DNA of 64,000 bases from the human T2T-CHM13v2.0 reference genome, Homo sapiens: assembly GCF_009914755.1 (NCBI RefSeq), contig NC_060940.1, one strand, 5' to 3'. The position numbers and the translations under genes are program-made. The notes under the pieces are model-generated. The model saw only the letters and a program-made list of their open reading frames with translations. It searched no databases and had not been told where the DNA came from. The first letter of the stretch is position 1. Each line of letters starts with the position of its first letter. Below are positions 54,831 to 64,000 of the stretch, piece by piece.

Positions 54831-56929
54831 TTTAGCGTTTCCCAGCCCAGCTCTCTGGGTTTGAGCTCCACACAACTTCAATGCCCAGTAAATTTCTTGA
54901 AGGAGAGGCTGGTAGTGTGCTTGAAAGCTAGTTTCTCTCCTCCCAAGTTGGGTCTTTGTTTCTAAAGACTGCTCAGGATTTCATTCTGCTTTTTAGATGT
55001 CTTTATATTACCTACCAGTCGTCCCTCACTATCTCAGAACCCGGGCAATGTTCTATGGGGAAAGATGACTATGTCCAAGAAGCCCTTCACCCTCTGATGT
55101 GTAATCTACTTCACAATGCTAAAAGAACTGCTGGTTTGTTTCACCCCAGCTGTCTGGGCCTGGGACGAACAGAATAGACTGCTTCTCACGGTCAGGAGGA
55201 GTTACCTGGTACCTTTAGAATCAGTGAGGTTTTTTTCCTTACTGGAGTGTTTGTTATATAATCCTGTAGCTACTGCATTTTGATGCCTTAAAAGTACATA
55301 TTTTGGTTTTATAATTTATCCAGCATACTCTAGTTGTGCAAAGGGGCAAAGAAGGTGCTGCTTTGCCACAAATTAATTCATCCTGTCTGGTCACAGAGGT
55401 CCTCATCTGCTTTTTAAAGATGGGTATATTCAAAGTGAAAAACAACAGCATATATGTAAGCTAAAAGGTTGGAGACAATATGAGTGTCTAAAATAAGGAT
55501 ATAAGACCGAGATATCCTTTGCTCAAAAAGGAATATGAAAAATATTCTTAGCATTTTTCTTCCTATGACAAGTCAGTACATGGAATTCTTGATGTTAAGG
55601 TGAATGAACACCGAGTTACAAGTAACTTTGTGATCTTAGGGAAGTCAAATACATTTCCTGGGACTCAAATTTCTCATTTGTAAAACCGGGCAAATATTTT
55701 TTCATATTTTCTTTATGCAGAGACTGCATGTCAAATCAGATAAGCCTCTGAAAGCAAATTAGAAGGCAGTTGCCTCTCTTGAGATATGATGCCATGATAA
55801 GCAGTCCACTGACTATGTTAGCTTATTTTAAGTTGATCTTGGGTTTGCATAAATGGTTACAGTAAGTCACAGTAGATGGATTTGCTGCTGACACACACAG
55901 TATACAGTGACTGGTTTCGTGACACAGATCATTGAGAGTTTCAGTCTGAGTCTTCACACTCCTTCAAAGACTTTACTGTTATCAGAATTGGTAGACTTTT
56001 CAGGAGAAAATAATTAACTCTAAGGGATTGAGAGAGCAAATTTTTGGTGAAAAAATATTTCTCAGCTAAATATTTACTTAAAAATGTAAGTGAAATGAAA
56101 TAAAAACCTCTTAACACAAATAATTCTTTTTTGTATGTTTTCAAAATAATGTCTTAGAATTACATAGCCATTATAAGATGAAAAATACTTTAGTTTCCTT
56201 ATGTCAGTTGATCTGTATTTTTCTATGCTTTTATCCTCATATTATAGAAGGAAATAAGATCATGACATGACCAGAATGTGGCAGCAACAGCCACTCATTC
56301 TTTTGACTCGTAATTTAGTCTCACTCCACTTCTAATAAGTCAAATCTCCATGTTTTAAATTAGTATAAGGAGTGGAGGCCAAATATTTGGTAGTTATTGT
56401 TTCTAGATGGAAGCAAATATTATATATGTCAGTAAAGTTTTAGAAAGCCTGGATAACATATTTTTAAATCATAAATTCCAATATATTAACTCAATGGTAG
56501 AATCAATTATATTTGTGCTTTGCCTTATGTTTCTCTACATGTAGTTACAGTTATAATATACATACAATCTTATACCAGGTATTTTCCAGTTAATGTGACA
56601 GCATTTTCCTTTTCCCATGTACTTATAGTCTTTGCTCTGATTTTGATTTTAGAATGTATACAATAAATCATTCAGAAGGTGTACTTTAAGTTACCTAACT
56701 TGCCTCCCTTTCTTGTACTCTAAAGTTGCTGATCATTATTTTAATGTAACATGTATATATATATATGCTCATCACAAATAAAACTTACACTAGAATCTTA
56801 GAAAAGGCAGTAATAGGTCAAAGAGAACAAACATTTATATGGCTCTTGATAAATTGTTTTAAAATTCTATCCCGAATTGAAGAAAGTAACTTAAAAATTT
56901 TGCCAGAAATACTTGTGAATATCTCTTCC

Positions 56930-57400
56930 AGGCACAACTGTGGCCTAATAAATAACTTGGAGGCTTAAAACAATAATAATAATTTTATTATTTCTAGTGG
57001 TTTCTGTGGGTGAGGATTTTGGAAGGAGCTTAACAAAAGTTTTGTCTCAATTTTTTTATCAAGTTGAAGTCAAATGGTGGCTAGAGCTGGGCCTGAACTA
57101 TTGTCGCTTTTTCTTCATAGATGTTTTCATGGTTTGAGTTTCCTCACAGCATGGTGTCCTCAAGGCTCTCATATTGCTTATAAAATAGCTGCGGTCTCCA
57201 AAACTGAGTGTTCCAGTGAGCAATGAATAGACTCAAAACTTATAGGGGCTATGAATGAGTCACAAGCCTGGCCAAATGCAAGGGGAAGAGAAGGGGATGC
57301 TACCTCTTGATGGGGAAGTGGCAACATTCCAGAAGAACATGTGAGTTACCAGATACCATGAAAGCATTGCCCCTGATGGCCACTGCATCAATCTGGAGGG
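56930..57400 (-). mobile_element. MLT1G/H-like MaLR LTR
   Basis: ggcttaaaacaataa...tttctgtgggtgagga...ttcctcacagcatgg...acctcttgatggggaagtggcaa. Confidence 0.7.
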
Positions 57401-57461
57401 AGTGTATAAAATTTTGTACAAAATTTTATTTCACCATCACACATTGGTTCTTAGGTAATTT

Positions 57462-58010
57462 TGATACAGGGCAGACAAGTCCCCAAATTGGGGCTGAGCC
57501 TGGGAGGGTTCTTGGCTTCATTCAGGAAAGAATTCAAGGACAAGCCAATGGTGTTAGACACCAACTTGACTGAAGCAGCTGTGTACAGCAGTTGCTGAGG
57601 TACTGCTCCTTGTAGAGTGAGGCTAATCCATAGGCAGTATGCCCAGAGTAGCAGCATAAAGGATGTTGGCTGCTGTATTTATACCCACTTTTAATTATAT
57701 GCTAAGTAAGAGATAGGTCATTCTGACTTTCTAGAAAAGGGGCGGGTAGTTTCTGGAATCATATGAGGTAACTTCCAAGCCATTACTATGGCCCGTTGCC
57801 ATGGCATTTGTAAACTGTCATGCCGCTGGTGGGAATGTCTTTATGCTAATGGCAGTGAGGGTGACTGGAAGTTGCTTCTGTTGCCATAAGCTGGTTTAGC
57901 TGGCTTTCTCATTGCATCATATTTTGACCAGATCCTGTTCTGATTAGCAGAGTTTTGACTGAGATTGTGACCAGTGCTTGGAAAACAAGTCCTGCTGATC
58001 TCCTAGCTGA
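57462..58010 (-). mobile_element. MER66-family ERV1 solo LTR
   Basis: tgatacagggcagacaagtccccaaattggggct...caggaaagaattcaagg...tatttatacccacttttaattatatgc...gccatggcatttgtaaactgtcatg. Confidence 0.8.
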
Positions 58011-58480
58011 GTTTCCCTAGAAATCACCCATTCCAGCTCTAATCATGGCCTTGACACATGACCCCTTCCAATGCTCTTCTAGCTGTTTAGAAAGAACAGA
58101 ATTCAAAATATTGTGGGCACCAACCTACTGCCAGCAAGATAATTCTTTTTAAATATTATGAATATATTAGGTAGCATTGAAGTTTCTTAAAATGATTTAT
58201 ATATTATTTCCTAATTTTATTTATTCCTTTATTAATTAAAGGTTCATATCATTGGCTGTTAGAATCTAAATATTCTTCCATGGTGGTGGTGTACATATAT
58301 TTATATACATGTTATATATGTATGCTATATATGTTATATATACTCCTTCTATATAAAAGTATCAGTAATCCAGTGTTACAATTATTATGTTGTTTCAGTA
58401 TTACTACATGCCTTCTAATTTGTATGCAACTATGATTATTTAGACTATCCAGCAAGTATTCACTCTTCTTTTCCTTCTCC

Positions 58481-58864
58481 TGTAGACAGAATTCATAATC
58501 CCAGCCCATTAATTTCAAGTTTAGGCGAGTAAACTTGCTTTGTCCAGTAGTCATTATTCAAGTCCAGGCCTTAAATATGTTTACACAGTTTGAGTTGGCA
58601 CTGGCTGTGCCAGTGATCTAATATAGGATAAGAATGTCTTGAGCCATTTCCCCTTCACCTTTTGTCTAAGAATGAATACACATGGAGATGACCCAAACCC
58701 AACCTTCAGTCTGAGCAGTACTGCTCAGCTGAATTCATCCTAGAGAAACCAAACCATTATTGACCCCACAGATCCATGAGACTAATATAAGCACAGGTTT
58801 TCACAGGCCCCAGAGTATAGGATGGTTTTTTCATGCAGTATTATTTCAATATCCAATTAATATA
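58481..58864 (+). mobile_element. MLT1H/I-like MaLR LTR
   Basis: agaatgaatacacatggag...ccaaccttcagtctgagc...gaccccacagatccatgag...gatggttttttcatgcagtattat. Confidence 0.6.
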
Positions 58865-59435
58865 ATAACTAAACCTGAATATCATTTTGTTACTGTCCAC
58901 AAATGCCAATTTTTCCTATTAACACAATTGCCCCACTTGATTAATTAAATAAACATTATAGATGTACGATGCAGGCTCATCTGTATGAAAAACAAGACAA
59001 CATGAATATTGTTGCCATTTTTCCAGCCACTTTTTGTATTTACCAAATTAGGAATAAGGATGGGCAACCTTCCCATTAAAAAGCTATGTTGGTGTGCCAG
59101 CTGGCTCAGGGCCATGATATAAGGGCATAGTAACGAATGAGGCAGAAGTAAATGGCCACCATCTGGGTAAAGCTCAAGTGAGCTTGTTTGGACAAGGCTC
59201 CAGGGTCAAGTAAATGAAACGGACTTTAATTTCAAGATGCAGCTGTGAGGCAATAATCCCCCCTCCATCCTGTAAGCCATTGCAGGTGTGGAAAGTCAGC
59301 AATATGTTTTCAAATGGGGTGGGTTGAAGTTATGTCTTGAAGGCACTGGCAGTTGTCATGTCTGAAGAGCCATGTGAAGTGGCCCCTCAGCAAGCATCAA
59401 GAAATGGGGAAGTATTATTAGAGCTTGTCTGAGCC

Positions 59436-59464
<29 letters not shown>
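59436..59464. repeat. A29 homopolymer
   Basis: Directly visible; no adjacent Alu/L1 body. Confidence 0.9.
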
Positions 59465-59466
<2 letters not shown>

Positions 59467-59751
59467 AGCATGGGGGTTACACTACAAAAGAGTGTTTCTG
59501 CAGGGCTTATTAGAACACACTGATTGTTTTTCCTCGCAACATGGATGACTAAGAATGATATTTCACTAAAACACCTGGATTGCTAGGGTTTTGTTGCTAA
59601 GTTCTTAAATTGGTAGAGAAAACAAGCTAAGCATCAGGATCATGGTGATTAATGCTTCCCTCTTGGGCAATCAAGCTCCATGCATTCCGCAACACCTTGG
59701 TTTTGCTGGAATGCATTGAATGATTTTAAAAAGGAGGCAGACACTAGATTT

Positions 59752-59755
<4 letters not shown>

Positions 59756-59782
<27 letters not shown>
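59756..59782. repeat. A27 homopolymer
   Basis: Directly visible; no adjacent Alu/L1 body. Confidence 0.9.
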
Positions 59783-60091
59783 TCAGTGGGCTAATTGGGT
59801 CCAGGACCACCTTGTGCTGGGGTTCATATTTGGAGCATTTTACATGGGGATTTTTGACTCTGTCCTGTTGTGTGATCTGGCCAGCGTAATAATCTGCAGA
59901 ACAGTGATTAGATTGCTCAGAATAATAATTAATGGCCTAAAACAAAACATCTGTGTCCCCTAAAATGCCTATGCATATATAGTGTAGTGGCTGACTGGAC
60001 GGCATACAATGGTAGGAATAATAAATTAAGTGGTCAATAAATGTCAGATATTAATAACGCAATTTATCATATCTAAAATTTCAAGAAATTA

Positions 60092-60565
<474 letters not shown>

Positions 60566-60734
60566 TTAGTAGAAGCCAGGGCAAAGCCTGAATAGATGAT
60601 TTACATAAAAGAGATGACATTAAGTCATAAACTTTTCCAATAGCTCCAGACATGCCTTTATGAACCTTTCTCACTGTTCTTCTGGCCCTGTCTGCCTCCC
60701 TCAGAACTTCTTGGTGTTGTGTTAGTGTGTTGTT

Positions 60735-60860
60735 TAATCACTGGAATAAGAGCTTCTAGAGAGCAGGACTAATGTTTCATTTTCCTATTCCTTTTCAATG
60801 ATTAGCACAGTGCCTTGTCATGTCATAGATGCATGGATATGAAGCATTGAAAATAAGTTG
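60735..60860 (+). mobile_element. L2 3' end
   Basis: taagagcttctagagagcaggact...ttagcacagtgccttgtcatgtcatagatgc. Confidence 0.6.
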
Positions 60861-63034
60861 TGAAAAATGACAAAATATGGGAAATGTTTGTGTCATAGCA
60901 TTAATGGACAAAACTATAAGTAAAATTGTACACATGCAACAGTTTCAATTATGTAAAATTATAAAATTAGTACACAATTGACAGAGAGAAATATGTTACA
61001 GGTAAAATAATTGTGTGATAAAGTATTTTGTTGGTAAAATGGTTACTATGTCTTCTAAATTTTATGTAACTACAATTTAACTCTGATAAAAATTGGTGAA
61101 TATAAATTGATTTAAAATGTATTTAGGATTTCCTATGTAATACAAAGAACTCTTCTAACTCTGTAGCATATCTCTTCTAAATTATCTTATAATAAGAAAT
61201 GTAGACTATCAAAATATATTATTGAAAAAATACATTCTCAAATTCTACATAGATGCAGCTTAAGATGAGGAGCATGTATTCTGTATGTAGGTGGGAGGAT
61301 AGGGGTAGATAGCACAAAATCCTCAAAAAGATTGCAAATGAATTGAGTCTAAAAAGATGATTTTTTCCTAGGCAGATAAAAGGTTATATCCAAGAGGAAC
61401 TAAACTTTATAAGCAAAAATATAATAACAAATTTAAGTAGAGAAAGGAAGCTGTTACAGCAAAGGTGATTAAGTGGGAATCTTAGATTGTGAAGTTAAAG
61501 AAAATGGGAAGTCAGTGAAGTACTTTGAGAAGAGGAATAAATAAAATACATTTAAATGTTAAAGGAAGGAAAAAAAAGAAAGAGCACAGTTTCAAGAGGA
61601 AGAGATGCCCTACCAGATACATGCATCTTCTCTGTAGTATCAATTAGCAGTCTTGATATATGGTCTTAACCAGGGCCATACACTTAGCCTCCCTCCTTTG
61701 TCAACATCAGTCCAGTGAAAAGGGGAAAATGTCAAATTCTGTGATGAAAATGTGGTCCTTTTCCTGAGTGAGATTAGTTCATATGAGCTGACAATTCATC
61801 ACTCTGCATCCATTTTAGAAATGACTGGAAATTATTCTGCTGGGAGAAGCTTGGATGAAGAATTGGTTTTGGGATGCTGGTGCCTGCCCCTTACAACCAG
61901 GCATCCCTTTTCAAATCCTGGTTGCCATAACAACCAGACAGCACTTTTGGTCCCAAACACAACAGACTCCTTTATGGTGATGATTATTATTAGTCAGTTT
62001 GCACTCCAGGCAGAAATCTGATTTACTTTCCCTGAGGAGACTCTCCATATGACATGCAAAATGTCAGGGAGAGAATAATACAAACTAGAAGTTTGGAAGT
62101 GCTACGAAATAAAACATGTATGGGGAAAATGCGCCTTGTGAGCCCTTTATTATTTTTAAATGAAAAGTTGTCAGATTATTCAGTTCAAAGTGTGATGTTA
62201 ACTGTGTCATGCCTGTGAGCTACAAAATAGTTATTGTGAAGGCTGTGCCTGTAGATTATCTATTATGGCGTGTTTGATACAATGTGACACCTGAGAAGTT
62301 TGAAGGTGCATGAATTTTTGACATTGTGCTGTAGAACTATTGATGGAAGCTGAAAATACATAAAGAATGAGGTGTTTTCTCTAGTACACCAGTCACAATG
62401 AGATACGTACCTAGTTTCCTTGCACAGTTTAAGAATGGGAGAAAAGCAATTTCACTCCCAGAATACAAGCGATCACAGTGATTATGAACAAGGTGTCCAG
62501 TTCCAAATGTACTGCTTCTGAAAAGTAGAATTTAAGCAGTTTCCTTACTAGTCAAACTTAGCCAAACCATTATTTTAACCTTTAATGAGGTTTGACCTTC
62601 AGGCCAAATCAGAAGAAGAAAACTTTTTGGAATCTCTTGTGTGGAAAAAAAAAAATTGCATCTGCTGTTCAAGCTAACTATTTCTTTGTGGCATGTTTAT
62701 CAGTAATATGCCCCTGACCAGCAAAATTGTGTCCTTGAACCAGGGATATAAAATGATACTATTAAGGGAGCCAAGCCAAGTCTGGTCAAAGAAAGCCATT
62801 TATTTTCACTGACCCAGCTGGTCAAGTGAATTTAAGTTCAGCAGCTTGGCTCACTTGAGAATCAGGCACTGCCATCATGCCTGTAATTACAGCATGAAAG
62901 TGATTTCCAGGAATGAATAGTGCAAAGGAAACAGACTATCCCTGGCAACACTATACTTGAGTATGGGAGTGCTGGAAAGGTAAAAAGGAAGCATATATTT
63001 TTATGTGATTCATCTAATAAAAGCAACTTCCATT

Positions 63035-63483
63035 TGTATCAGTTTTTTAATATATAACAAACCACCCTAAACTTAGTGAATTAACACAATAAACATTAAT
63101 TATTTGCTTGGAATTCTATAAATTGGCTGGCAAGTTCTAGCCTGGGCCAGCTCATGTAGGGCTAGACAGTTCAGGATGGCTGGGCTTAAATATATGGAAT
63201 GTCAGCTGGGACTATTGGGCGAGCTAAGATAAATGGGGCCTTTCTTTATGTAGTTTCTCTTCTTCTAGGAGGCTAGCTGGAGCTTCTTCACATGATTGTT
63301 GAAGAGTTCCCTGCATGAAGAGTGGGCAAGCTCCAATTTTCAACTTCTTCTTCAGTCATGTTTACTATGATATAATGGTAGAAGTCGTATTGCCAAGTCA
63401 AAATTTAACAGATGGAGAAATAAACAATCTATTGATAAGAGGTACAGCAAAGAATTTGTGGATTTCTTTTCCAATGCACTACA
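63035..63483 (-). mobile_element. MLT1H/I-like MaLR LTR
   Basis: tgtatcag...taacaaaccaccctaaacttagtg...aggaggctagctggagcttcttcacatg...cagcaaagaatttgtgg...ctaca. Confidence 0.7.
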
Positions 63484-64000
63484 GCATTCTTACTGTAATT
63501 GGAGATTACCAAATTGCTGCTGTGCTTTAGCATATTTTAGTTTGGATAGTTTTTCCCTTTAAAGAATGTTTCCGAATGCATTTAAAGGTGAAAACAGTAG
63601 TATCAAATTTATCAAGGTTGAACATACAGTTATTACTGCTTACATAAGATCTCAATTGCATGATTTGTAAATTGAGCAACCAAATAGAATTAGCTGAGTT
63701 TATCTTGATTTTATTTCATCTTATTGTTCTTTATAACACAAAGTAATTCTGTGATCTGATTTATTTCCATCACAGTGGCCAACTAGTTTGGCAGAATGCA
63801 AAAATGTCTCTGTATCTGCTAGGCACAAGTATGGAACATTTTCTTGCCCTAATTTGAGGTTATCAATAAATATTTAGTATTATTTTTATCAATTTATTTT
63901 ATTCATGAGGGGTGTAAGACTACATATTTGAAAGATATAGAATTAAAACAAGATGTTGTCACCTAGTGTTAAAGTCATATATTCTGCATAAAAAATTACT

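Overview
AT-rich, CpG-poor catarrhine primate (very probably human) non-coding DNA, either gene desert or deep intron. I find no credible protein-coding gene, pseudogene, tRNA/rRNA or CpG island. The supplied ORFs are short open frames in Alu, THE1, LTR, microsatellite or random sequence. The window is a fossil record of mobile elements. It holds about 15 Alus (J, S, Y), a two-LTR THE1C provirus with an intact GCATC target-site duplication (TSD), solo LTRs (LTR16, MLT1, MER93, MER74, MER67, MER66), L1PA13-like and older L1M pieces, L2/MIR relics and DNA transposons (MER44A, MER2, MER5A1, MER20, MER94). Repeat-free blocks rich in homeodomain/TALE/RFX motifs lie between them and look like developmental enhancers. 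The most unusual structures visible directly are an L1 flanked by a ~69-bp TSD, a tail-to-tail inverted Alu pair ~30 bp apart, a twin-priming-type inversion in an old L1, a ~108-bp dispersed duplication of non-repeat DNA and a palindromic template-switch mosaic at 43.1-43.4 kb. I see no evidence of a new biological system. Repeat family names come from my recall of consensus sequences, not from a search.
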